Shown here piece by piece: positions 55,899 through 64,000 of a DNA stretch of 64,000 bases. Location of the stretch: positions 182,765-246,764 of the forward strand of contig JBAZWU010000001.1 in NCBI GenBank assembly GCA_041660185.1, read 5' to 3'. Source of the DNA: Elusimicrobiota bacterium. Lineage in GTDB: Bacteria > Elusimicrobiota > Elusimicrobia > 2-01-FULL-59-12. Both the position numbers and the translations under genes were made by a program. Under the pieces are notes generated by a model that searched no databases, had not been told where the DNA came from, and worked only from the letters and a program-made list of their open reading frames with translations. Every line of letters begins with the position of its first letter. The first letter of the stretch is position 1.

Positions 55899-56141
55899 GC
55901 TGGAGATCCTTTCGTTGTGAATAGGTCAGAACTGAAATGAGCTTTGAGTAAATGATCAATTATTTCAAGATATTATTTGTTCCGTAAAGAAATTCAAAGG
56001 TTTGTTAAAAGAAACTAAATGAAAAACGAGGTATTTCGAAATCCCGTTGTCATTTCATGTGGATTTCAATTGGTGTTAAGGTGAGTGCATGAACGAATCG
56101 ATACCTTGAGCGTCTGTTTGGAAAAGGAGAGGAGGAGTGTC

Positions 56142-57209
56142 TTAGAGTCCGGCCAGCGGAATACGGACGATCTGGCCGGGATCTCTTCCGGTTCCGAGAT
56201 AAACGGCCTGTCGTTGCCCATCAAAAACCGCACAACGCACGTCGCCGATTTCTTCAGGGAGAGGACGAGAGGAGAGAATACTAAACGGTTTCAATTTGAT
56301 CTGGATCAACTGCGCCGGGGGTCCTGCCGCAATCAGGTAGGCGATTCCTTTCCCTCGGGGGCAGAAGCCTGCCACCAGGTCGTTCTGCCCGGTGGCGAGC
56401 AGAAACGCTTCCTCGGGCCGGAAATCCGTTAACAAGAAACGGATCACTTTAGCGGGTTTTCCCTGCGTTCCGAAATAGACATAAGGAGAAGCCGGATCGA
56501 AAAACGCGCATCGAAACCCGGGTTCCTGACGCAGCGCGGTAATATTCTCGAGAGGCGACATGTCGGCCAGGCGGATTTTCATAACATTGCCGGCGGTCGT
56601 GCCGAAATACGCGAACATCCCGGACGGATCCCGCACCGCGCATTGAAAGGCGTTGGTTTCATCCGCCAGTTTCGAGTCACCGATCAGCGTCATGCCCGTC
56701 AAATCGATGCTGACGACGGTGCCAAAGAGTGTCCCAAAATAGGCGGTGTCTCCCTGCGGGCTGAGAACGCCTGAACTGATGCCGAACTCGCCTTTCGGCA
56801 AAAGGTATGTCTTTTTCTTTTCGAAAGGATCCACACCGATCTGGATGATTTGTCCGGAGACCTCACGGTTCGGGTCGCCGTAAGTGCCGAAGTAAATCCT
56901 CCGGCGGTGTGGGTCCAGAACGGCGGCTTGCAAGGGGGTTTCCCCGGCCTCGAGAACGATGCGCTTGCGGATGGAAAAGTCTGAGACGCGAATCTGCAAA
57001 ACCGTTGCCGAAGAGGTTTCCAGAGAATAACGGAAATCGCTTTCCGCCGTCGCAAAAAAAGCGGTGTCGGACCGCTCATCCAGAACGCCAGTTGTGACGA
57101 AATTTTCTCCCGGTTTCAATCGAATAATTTGAAGCGGTGCGGCCTGTAGCGTGGTGTTGATTCCGACGAGAAACAGAAGTCCCAATCCGGATGAAAGCGG
57201 TGCGTTCAT
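56142..57209 (-). CDS. Secreted beta-propeller-like repeat protein (7 repeats with [AV]YFGT motif)
   Basis: Signal peptide MNAPLSSGLGLLFLVGINTTLQA|A. Seven ~45-aa repeats marked by AFFATAES, IYFGTYGD, AYFGTLFG, AYFGTTAG, VYFGTQGK, AYLIAAGP and VYLGTGRD. Confidence 0.55.
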   Translation of the reverse strand: MNAPLSSGLGLLFLVGINTTLQAAPLQIIRLKPGENFVTTGVLDERSDTAFFATAESDFRYSLETSSATVLQIRVSDFSIRKRIVLEAGETPLQAAVLDPHRRRIYFGTYGDPNREVSGQIIQIGVDPFEKKKTYLLPKGEFGISSGVLSPQGDTAYFGTLFGTVVSIDLTGMTLIGDSKLADETNAFQCAVRDPSGMFAYFGTTAGNVMKIRLADMSPLENITALRQEPGFRCAFFDPASPYVYFGTQGKPAKVIRFLLTDFRPEEAFLLATGQNDLVAGFCPRGKGIAYLIAAGPPAQLIQIKLKPFSILSSRPLPEEIGDVRCAVFDGQRQAVYLGTGRDPGQIVRIPLAGL

Positions 57210-57245
57210 GGCAGGGGTAATTTTGAGTCATGATAACATATACGC

Positions 57246-58514
57246 ATGGAACTGATGGCCGACCTCCATATTCATTCGTATCTCTCCCGCGCCTGCAGCC
57301 GGGACCTTCATCCGGAGTCCCTTTACCGGTGGTGCCAGCTCAAGGGAATCACAATTCTGGGAACCGGTGATTTTACCCATCCGGCCTGGCTGCGGAAGCT
57401 TCGGGAAAAACTGACGCCGGCGGAACCTGGGCTTTTCCGGCTCAAAAGCGAAATCGAGAAGGCGGTTGATCCGAAACTCCCCCCCTCGTGCCGGGCCCCG
57501 GTCCGTTTCCTGCTCGAGGTAGAAATCAGCTGCATCTACAAGAAGGGTAACCGGGTCCGGAAGGTTCATCTGCTGGTGTTTGTCCCCTCCTTTGAGGCCG
57601 CGGCGGTGCTGAATGCCCGGCTTGAAAAAATCGGCAACATCCGCTCCGACGGGCGCCCGATTCTCGGATTGGACGCCAGGCATTTGCTGGAGATCGTTCT
57701 GGAGGTGTCCGATCAGGCGGTCCTGATCCCGGCGCATGCCTGGACGCCGCACTTCGGCATCTTTGGTTCAGCGTCGGGTTTTGATTCGCTCGAAGAGTGC
57801 TTCGACGATCTGACGCCGCATATTTTTGCGATTGAAACCGGTCTCTCGTCCGATCCTGCGATGAACTGGCAGTTATCCCAGCTGGATCGTCTGGCCCTGA
57901 TTTCGAACTCGGATGCGCACTCGCCCGAGAAACTCGGGCGGGAAGCCAATCGGCTCCAGACCGAGCTCTCCTATCAAGGGATTTTCAGCGCGATCCGGGA
58001 ACGAGATCCGGCGCGGTTCCTGGGGACTTTGGAATTCTTCCCGGAAGAGGGCAAGTATCATGTCGACGGCCACCGTTCGTGCGAAACGCGGCTGTCTCCG
58101 GAGGAAACCCGTCGCCATCAGGGGCTTTGTCCCCGTTGCCACAAGCCTGTAACCGTGGGTGTTCTTCACCGGGTGGAAAAACTGGCGGATCGGAAGCCCG
58201 GACAACGGCCGCCTGGAAAGCCCGGTTACGAGAGTCTCATCCCGCTCAAAGAAATTTTATCGCAAACGCTTCAGGTGGGTTCCAGCAGCAAGAAAGTCGA
58301 TCAAGCCTATCACCGGTTACTGAACCGGTTCGGCAATGAGTTCCATATTCTGCGTCACCTGCCTTTCGAGAGCCTTGAGACCGAGGGATTCCCTCTCCTG
58401 GCCCTGGCGATCCGCCGGATGCGCCAGAGAGACGTCCGCGTCCAACCGGGTTACGACGGCGAATTCGGCCGGGTCAGTCTTCTTAACCCAGAGGATTTCG
58501 GCGGGAGGGATTGA
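57246..58514 (+). CDS. Endonuclease Q family protein (PHP-domain nuclease with zinc finger)
   Basis: DLHIHS, GTGDFTHP, IPAHAWTPHF, SNSDAHSPEKLGREAN, GKYH, C-x..-CPRC zinc finger, GVLHRVEKLAD and PGYDGEFG motifs. They are collinear with what I recall of Pyrococcus EndoQ (about 420 aa). Confidence 0.75.
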   Translation: MELMADLHIHSYLSRACSRDLHPESLYRWCQLKGITILGTGDFTHPAWLRKLREKLTPAEPGLFRLKSEIEKAVDPKLPPSCRAPVRFLLEVEISCIYKKGNRVRKVHLLVFVPSFEAAAVLNARLEKIGNIRSDGRPILGLDARHLLEIVLEVSDQAVLIPAHAWTPHFGIFGSASGFDSLEECFDDLTPHIFAIETGLSSDPAMNWQLSQLDRLALISNSDAHSPEKLGREANRLQTELSYQGIFSAIRERDPARFLGTLEFFPEEGKYHVDGHRSCETRLSPEETRRHQGLCPRCHKPVTVGVLHRVEKLADRKPGQRPPGKPGYESLIPLKEILSQTLQVGSSSKKVDQAYHRLLNRFGNEFHILRHLPFESLETEGFPLLALAIRRMRQRDVRVQPGYDGEFGRVSLLNPEDFGGRD

Positions 58515-58522
58515 AACGGCGA

Positions 58523-60343
58523 TTAATGGCCGAAGAGACCCTTGAAGGAGTCGAGGGGTTTGGCGCCGAGGCCGGGGACGGAATGTGCGGCTTGAGTTTT
58601 CACCTGGTTCAGCAGATTATCGATGACCTTGTTGTTGGCGGAGAACTGAGAAAGATATTTCTGGCTTAAATCGTTGGCCATGCCCTGCAGTTCCTTGATT
58701 TTCCCATCCGTCTGACGATCCAGTTCCGCGCGCAGAGCCTTTTCCTGAGAGGCCAGTTCCGAACCCAGAGCGTTCTTCATCGCGTCAGCCACAACGCCTC
58801 CGATGTTCGAGGTGACGGTAAACTGCGGAGCCTCCAGCGTGCCGGAAAGGCCGACGCCGACCGTCAGTGATTTTACGGCGGACAGAGACGACGTCACAGC
58901 CTGGGCCGCCCGCTGAGCCATCGCTGAGCTGGATTGAAAATCAATGTGCGGGTCCAAAACGAGGTTGCTGGCCTGCACATCCGCGCTGCCGATCAATTTG
59001 TCCCCTTGGATGATCGCCACGGCGCGTGTCCGGCCGGTCCCCTGGCGAAGTCCAAAAGCCATCGAGTGGGCTTGCCCGAAGGACAAATCCTTGAGAGAGA
59101 AGCCGTCGTAAGTGATCTGAAGGGAATCCATCGGGGTATCGTGAATGTGGTTGAGAACCCCTTTCGCGGCTAGCAGACAGCCGTCTCGGGATCCCTGAAG
59201 ATCAAACGTGGCCGGTTTGCCGTAGAGCGCTGGATTGGTGGTCACGCCGGTGAGTGTTCCTAAAAATCCAAACGGCCGTTCCTGTCCGATTTCGCCCGAC
59301 AGTTCCGCTTTCACCAGCAGGAAGCGCGGCAGCACGTTGTGCCGGGGAAATTCGATAGTGCGGCCGCGTCCGCGGGGCGGCGGCGGAGGACTTTGGGGTT
59401 TGGACGGCATGTACTGCCGGGCGGTTTGAATCCAACCCAGCAGCCGCTCCATCCATTGCGCAACCGACGGACCGAATAGCGCGTTCGCCATGGTTTCTTT
59501 ATCCAGCGTCGGAAGCGAAAGCGTCGAACGTAAATTCTTCCAGTCTTCTTCCCGTGCTTTTTTGACGTCTTCAATCAGGCCCTGAGCCGACTGAATGCGC
59601 TCCGTCACGCTGGACTGGGCCGTCGCCACGTCGATCTTAAGGGTTCGCAGGTCCGTTTGAAGCGTTTTCACTTCCCCGGCCTTTTGAAGGAGAGCCGACG
59701 GATCATTTCCGCCCTGACCGAGCGCCTGGATGCGTTTCTGCAGCGCGTCGGTCCGCTGGGAGACATTGAGCTGATTGATCTGTTTCTGGAGATCCTCCGG
59801 GAGCTTCTGAATTTGTTCTTTGGTTTTCTCCGCCGCTTTCATCGAGGCGAGCTTGTCCGGATTGACGAGGGTTTTTGGATCCACCCTCTGCTTCGCGCCT
59901 TCAAACTTCTGAAGGGAAACCGTCTCAACTTGTCCCCAGAGCTTGCCGGCGGCCTTGGCCACAAAGCCGGGGCGGGTCTCTTCCCGCCAGAGCGCTCCCG
60001 ATGTTTTTCGCGGAGTCCCGAACCGCAGTCCCTTCAACGAGGCATCATCAATAATGACTTTCTTTTCCAGAAGCGGAAGCGTTCGAAAGGCGAAAACCGC
60101 TTCATCAAACTGGAATAAATTCTTCATCGGTTCGGATTTGTCCGCCACCGCCAGGGTTCGAATGCGCAGGGAGCTGTGACGGAGGCTGAGCGTCACGGAA
60201 TCGATCGACACGCGGGCGCCGAAAACGCTCTGACCGCCTTTGATCATCGCCCATTTGGCGAAGGGATCGAGACAGAATACCGCCAGGAGGAAGCCGACCA
60301 GCAGCAGAATCAGCGTTGGGAGAACGGTTTTCCGGCGGATCAT
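58523..60343 (-). CDS. AsmA-like / TIGR03545-like envelope protein with central coiled coil
   Basis: N-terminal TM anchor, then beta-rich repeats (VSIDSVTLSL..IRTLAVAD..), then a central Q/K/L-rich coiled coil. Start at MIRRK gives an ATGA overlap with the upstream gene; the alternative start is 60358. Confidence 0.5.
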   Translation of the reverse strand: MIRRKTVLPTLILLLVGFLLAVFCLDPFAKWAMIKGGQSVFGARVSIDSVTLSLRHSSLRIRTLAVADKSEPMKNLFQFDEAVFAFRTLPLLEKKVIIDDASLKGLRFGTPRKTSGALWREETRPGFVAKAAGKLWGQVETVSLQKFEGAKQRVDPKTLVNPDKLASMKAAEKTKEQIQKLPEDLQKQINQLNVSQRTDALQKRIQALGQGGNDPSALLQKAGEVKTLQTDLRTLKIDVATAQSSVTERIQSAQGLIEDVKKAREEDWKNLRSTLSLPTLDKETMANALFGPSVAQWMERLLGWIQTARQYMPSKPQSPPPPPRGRGRTIEFPRHNVLPRFLLVKAELSGEIGQERPFGFLGTLTGVTTNPALYGKPATFDLQGSRDGCLLAAKGVLNHIHDTPMDSLQITYDGFSLKDLSFGQAHSMAFGLRQGTGRTRAVAIIQGDKLIGSADVQASNLVLDPHIDFQSSSAMAQRAAQAVTSSLSAVKSLTVGVGLSGTLEAPQFTVTSNIGGVVADAMKNALGSELASQEKALRAELDRQTDGKIKELQGMANDLSQKYLSQFSANNKVIDNLLNQVKTQAAHSVPGLGAKPLDSFKGLFGH

Positions 60344-60864
60344 GGGCGCTGAACCCATCGATGGTAGAGGTCAAAAAACTCGTGAATCTTCAGAAATTTC
60401 ATGATTTTCCACTGCATCACCCGCTCCCGGTAGCGGGTTCGATAGGTGACTACGAATGCGCGCATGCCGAAAAAGACCGGCAGGGCCAGAAGAAGGCCAA
60501 CGGCGAAATTCCCCATCACGAGGGTATTGTTGAAAGATGTAAAAGGAATAATCGGGGTATTGTAGAGAAAAGTCCAGAAGCCTTTGAATAGCGGAACGCC
60601 CGAGAGAAGCCAGAATCCAAACTTTTCACAGAAAGGATCCGTGAGGTGTCCCAGAATCGAAAACACGACAATGGCCGCCCCGGCCATGCCGGCGTTGACG
60701 CGGAAGATCATAATGAGGATCGACAAGGAGAGCGCCAACAGGTTGCCCTTGGGAATCAGTCCGATCATGACGCCAAACACAACGCCCGCGGCGATTTCAT
60801 TGGGAGAGACGTCGTCGTTCAGGGTTTGAAGCAGTCCTTTGAGATATTTGATCCAGAATAACAT
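60340..60864 (-). CDS. Small polytopic membrane protein, TIGR03546/DUF2062-like
   Basis: 174 aa with 4 hydrophobic segments. SPNEIAAGVVFGVMIGLIP motif. Translationally coupled to the AsmA-like gene. Confidence 0.45.
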   Translation of the reverse strand: MLFWIKYLKGLLQTLNDDVSPNEIAAGVVFGVMIGLIPKGNLLALSLSILIMIFRVNAGMAGAAIVVFSILGHLTDPFCEKFGFWLLSGVPLFKGFWTFLYNTPIIPFTSFNNTLVMGNFAVGLLLALPVFFGMRAFVVTYRTRYRERVMQWKIMKFLKIHEFFDLYHRWVQRP

Positions 60865-60872
60865 TTTTCACC

Positions 60873-60946
60873 GTCATCCCCCGCGGTTACTGGCGGGGGA
60901 TCTAGACCTCAATGATGGATCCCCGCCTACGGCCTGCGGGGATGAC
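60873..60946. repeat. Nested-palindrome REP/MITE-like element, copy E
   Basis: GTCATCCCCCGC-ggttactg-GCGGGGGATC ... CAATGATGGATCCCCGC-ctacggcct-GCGGGGATGAC. Same subfamily and flanks as copy D. Confidence 0.8.
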
Positions 60947-60971
60947 GACTATTTGTATTCTAGTAATTTCG

Positions 60972-61685
60972 TCAGGCGAAAAAACCAATGACCACAATTC
61001 CAAGCACAAAAAAGAACAGACAGTACCGGTCGTGGGCATCATGAAGCCGCGGTAAGAGGTCGGCGGCGCCGATGTAGATGAAGGAGCCGGCGGCCACGCC
61101 CAGAACAATGCCGATCACCGTCGAGGATTGCGGTCCGGCCCAGAGAAAGCTGGCGAAAGCGCCGAGCGGCGTGGAAAATGCCAGGGCAACGGCCAGAATA
61201 CATTCCATGAATCTGGAGTAACCTGCGGCGCGCAGAAGGCTCGTCAAGGTAAGGCCATCCGAGAATTTATGCAGAATCACGCCGAGCGAAATCACACTCC
61301 CCAGCAGGACGTTCTGACGAAGCCCGACGCCGATAGCCATGCCGTCGATGCCCGCGTGCAGGGACAGCGCCGCTAGAGCGCTGATCGGCATCAGGGGCGA
61401 TTTCGGAGGTTCCAGAAACTCTTCGCAGGTGTGAACCATCGTCACATTTTCCGCCGCGAAAAGAAGGACGAACGTCGTCAGAATGGACAATCCAGCGGTG
61501 TTCCCTGCCAGTGAAAAGGCTTCCGGCAGCAGTTTAAGGAAAGCAATCCCGAGAAGGACTCCGGACCCGAAAGCGAGCAGGCGCCAAAGATGCTTTTTAG
61601 TCCACTCCTCTTTGAGCATGGGCAGTAAACTACCGGAGAGGGTTGTTAGAAAAGCGATGACGCTGTAAAAGAAAAGTATTTTCAT
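60972..61685 (-). CDS. ZIP family divalent metal transporter (ZupT-like)
   Basis: 8 hydrophobic helices. LHAGIDGMAIG and ILHKFSDGLTL metal-site motifs. Confidence 0.75.
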   Translation of the reverse strand: MKILFFYSVIAFLTTLSGSLLPMLKEEWTKKHLWRLLAFGSGVLLGIAFLKLLPEAFSLAGNTAGLSILTTFVLLFAAENVTMVHTCEEFLEPPKSPLMPISALAALSLHAGIDGMAIGVGLRQNVLLGSVISLGVILHKFSDGLTLTSLLRAAGYSRFMECILAVALAFSTPLGAFASFLWAGPQSSTVIGIVLGVAAGSFIYIGAADLLPRLHDAHDRYCLFFFVLGIVVIGFFA

Positions 61686-63445
61686 TAATGGAGTAATTGA
61701 AGGTTATGTAGTTTAAAATAAGTCCCTTGCTTGGACAAAAGAGCCGCGTGGTTTCCTTCTTCAATAATGCGGCCCTGCTCCAAAACCACAATCCGGTCTG
61801 CTCGCTGGACCGTTGACAGGCGATGGGCAATCACCAGCGCGGTCCTGTGTTCCATGAGCCTTTCCAGAGCTTCCTGCACCAGTCGTTCGGACGCCGCGTC
61901 AAGAGACGAGGTGGCCTCATCCAGGATTAAAATCGGAGGATTCTTTAACAGGGCGCGAGCGATGGAGAGCCGCTGGCGTTCACCGCCGGAAAGCCGCACA
62001 CCGCGTTCCCCTATGACGGTGTCGTAGCCTTGCGGCAGTCTTTTGATGAATTCATGCGCGTTGGCGGCCTGGGCGGCCGCTTCCACCTCCGCTTGGGAGG
62101 CGCCGGGTTTACCGAAAGCGATGTTGTAACGGACCGACTCGTTGAACAACAACACTTCCTGTGTGACGAGGCCAATCTGCCGGCGAAGCGAATCCAGCGT
62201 GACACGCCGGATGTCAATCCCGTCAACGCTGACACGGCCGGAGGTCACGTCATAGAAACGCGGCAGGAGTAGTGCCAGGGTCGACTTCCCGGCCCCGGAA
62301 GAACCTACCAGCGCCACCACTTCCCCTCGCTGGATGGTGAGATCAACCCCTTGAAGCGCCCAGCGGTGTTCGGTGTGCGGTCCGGTTTCCGTCGTACCGG
62401 GATGCGATTGCGGATAGCGGAAGGATACCTCTTTATAGGAAATCGCCTTTGAAAAAGCGTCCAGGGACTGGGCGCCGGCCTGTTCCCGTACGGTCGGGAG
62501 TTGATCCATCAGTTCAAAAATGCGCTCCGAAGAAGCGAGACCCAGCTGCAGTTGGGCATTCAACTCGGCAAAGTTTTTGAGCGGGCGATAGGTCATCACG
62601 GCATACGTGATAAAAGCGACAAAAGAACCCGCTGTCCAGACTCCATGAATCACATCGTTGCCGCCTTTCCATAAAAGAAAAGAAAGAATCAGCGCACCGA
62701 CCATCTCCATCAGGGGACTGGACAACGTGTCGGCCCGCGCAAAGCGCAGGTTGAGGTCCTGAAAACGCAGGTTGGAACGGTGAAAGCGTTCGGACTCCAG
62801 CGTTTCGGCGGTGTAGGCGCGCACCACCGCCGCAGACTGAATATTTTCATTCAGCACCGAATACAATTCCCCCATCTGTTCCTGCCCTTTATGCCCGACG
62901 CGGCGCAGAATCTTTCCCAATTTGACGATAATGGCTCCTGAAAAGGGCAGAATCGACATGGTGATCAGGGCGAATTTCCAGTTCAAATAGAAGATCAATC
63001 CGATGTTGCAGAGAGCGGTCAGTCCGTCGCGGATACAGTAAATCGGTGCGCGGGCGATGACTTGCTGGAGAGCGGTGAGATCATTGGTGAATCGGGCCAC
63101 GACCTTCCCGGAGGAGGTGGCGCTGAAAAAATCCATCGACAAGCTCTGCAGATGGTCAAAGAGTTGTTTGCGGATGTCTGTAATCGCGCGTTGGCCGATA
63201 TAGGCCATCAGATAATTTTGCGCATACGAAAGAAATCCAAGGACCACCGAAATCAGCGGGACCCACCAGAGCAGATTCTTCAGCATGCTCAGATCATGGC
63301 CGATAAAGACTTTGTCCTGCAGCGGCTTGACCAGATAAATGCGCAACGCATTCAATCCGGCGACACCGCCCATACAGAGGACGGCAACGATCAGCCGGTT
63401 GAGATAGGGACGGAGGTACTTCAAAAGCCGTTTGTAGATAGTCAT
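61685..63445 (-). CDS. msbA: ABC transporter permease/ATPase, lipid A exporter MsbA-like
   Basis: 6-TM exporter domain. Walker A GSSGAGKST, signature LSGGERQR, Walker B ILILDEATS. 4-nt overlap with lpxB upstream. Confidence 0.8.
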   Translation of the reverse strand: MTIYKRLLKYLRPYLNRLIVAVLCMGGVAGLNALRIYLVKPLQDKVFIGHDLSMLKNLLWWVPLISVVLGFLSYAQNYLMAYIGQRAITDIRKQLFDHLQSLSMDFFSATSSGKVVARFTNDLTALQQVIARAPIYCIRDGLTALCNIGLIFYLNWKFALITMSILPFSGAIIVKLGKILRRVGHKGQEQMGELYSVLNENIQSAAVVRAYTAETLESERFHRSNLRFQDLNLRFARADTLSSPLMEMVGALILSFLLWKGGNDVIHGVWTAGSFVAFITYAVMTYRPLKNFAELNAQLQLGLASSERIFELMDQLPTVREQAGAQSLDAFSKAISYKEVSFRYPQSHPGTTETGPHTEHRWALQGVDLTIQRGEVVALVGSSGAGKSTLALLLPRFYDVTSGRVSVDGIDIRRVTLDSLRRQIGLVTQEVLLFNESVRYNIAFGKPGASQAEVEAAAQAANAHEFIKRLPQGYDTVIGERGVRLSGGERQRLSIARALLKNPPILILDEATSSLDAASERLVQEALERLMEHRTALVIAHRLSTVQRADRIVVLEQGRIIEEGNHAALLSKQGTYFKLHNLQLLH

Positions 63446-64000
63446 GGATGAACCTCCTGCAGAATCGCTGTGGCCGCACGCTCGCTTCCGCCCTGACCGA
63501 GGGATTGGCGAAGATCCATCAGTCCGTTTCGCGTTTGCTCCCAGAGGGTCTGCTCTTGCAAAAAGCGTTCAGCCGCTTCGGCTAGGCGGTCCGGGGTGGC
63601 GGCCTCCTGGATCAATTCGGGGACGATCGAACGCCCGGCGAGGATATTGGGCATGCCGATAAACGGAACCGTAATAATCCTTCGGGCCACCTGGTAACTG
63701 AGTGCGGACAGGCGGTAGAGGATGACCATGGGAATTCCCAGAAGCATGTTTTCGAGGGCGGCGGTGCCTGAGACAGAGAGGGCGACGCGGAGCGTTTGAC
63801 GCTCCCGGTAATCGGCGTCGGTCACAAGCCGGATCCAGGGCGCGCCGGTCAAGTCAGGACGATACCGCGCTTCGTCGATTTCGGCGGGTTTAAACATCAG
63901 AAACTCCGCCTCCGGATGCCGTTCTCTCAGGCGTCTGGCTGTTTCAACAAGGATCGGCAAATGCCGTTGGATCGTTCCCCAGCGGGATCCCGGCAACAGG
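63442..64000 (-). CDS. lpxB: Lipid-A-disaccharide synthase LpxB (C-terminal part; 5' end outside the window)
   Basis: ..LPGSR......PI......L... and ALSVSGTAALENMLLGIPMVILYR, NILAGRSIVPELIQ motifs typical of LpxB. Confidence 0.85.
   Translation of the reverse strand, partial: LLPGSRWGTIQRHLPILVETARRLRERHPEAEFLMFKPAEIDEARYRPDLTGAPWIRLVTDADYRERQTLRVALSVSGTAALENMLLGIPMVILYRLSALSYQVARRIITVPFIGMPNILAGRSIVPELIQEAATPDRLAEAAERFLQEQTLWEQTRNGLMDLRQSLGQGGSERAATAILQEVHP

Noticed and set aside
57228-57752. 174-aa minus-strand ORF overlapping the 5' part of the EndoQ gene
   Set aside because: It is antisense to a motif-rich EndoQ coding sequence, its sequence is Arg/Gly/Pro-rich, and it has no RBS or family signature.
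32-60946. Whether the palindromic repeats could be a CRISPR array
   Set aside because: The copies are kilobases apart, vary in length and sequence, have no regular spacer periodicity, and no cas genes are present. They fit dispersed REP/MITE-like elements.
1-64000. tRNA, rRNA, tmRNA genes, integrases or transposases
   Set aside because: Non-coding gaps are at most 243 nt, and none shows cloverleaf-like arms or rRNA-like sequence by eye. No ORF shows integrase or transposase motifs. Absence cannot be proven without tRNAscan/Infernal.

Overview
GC-rich bacterial chromosomal window. The organism is diderm, judged from lpxB, msbA, a GT9 heptosyltransferase and a PilQ secretin. There are about 60 genes, and all but two (rpmB and the endonuclease Q homologue) are on the minus strand. 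The window falls into three blocks. (i) 153-35311 is a ~35-kb unidirectional, translationally coupled glycan-assembly super-locus. It holds a WecA/MraY-type initiator, a Wzx flippase, 4 GT4, 5 GT2 domains, 1 GT9 and seven polytopic GT-C/ArnT/PMT-like paralogues. It also holds six class-I SAM methyltransferase domains (two in reciprocal GT2/MT fusions), nucleotide-sugar enzymes and an AsnB-type amidotransferase. (ii) 35428-49548 holds an MprF-type flippase-like gene and an AbiEi/AbiEii type IV toxin-antitoxin pair behind an AT-rich palindromic promoter. It also holds two tandem Wzy_C (O-antigen-ligase/PglL-like)-TPR genes translationally coupled to a type IVa pilus cluster (pilT-pilC-pilA-pilD-pilMNOPQ). 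(iii) 49550-64000 holds housekeeping genes (pta, coaD, recG, rpmB, thiSG, DUF167, hydrolase) and a secreted 7-repeat beta-propeller protein. It also holds a bacterial endonuclease Q homologue, an AsmA-like/TIGR03545-03546-like pair, a ZIP transporter, msbA and partial lpxB. Five copies of a structured nested-palindrome REP/MITE-like repeat occur. One lies in frame inside a GT-C-like CDS, one supplies the C-terminal tail and stop codon of a GT4, and two abut the SD/ATG of downstream genes. No rRNA, tRNA or CRISPR array was found. All family calls come from motif recognition by eye on the supplied translations; no database search was run.
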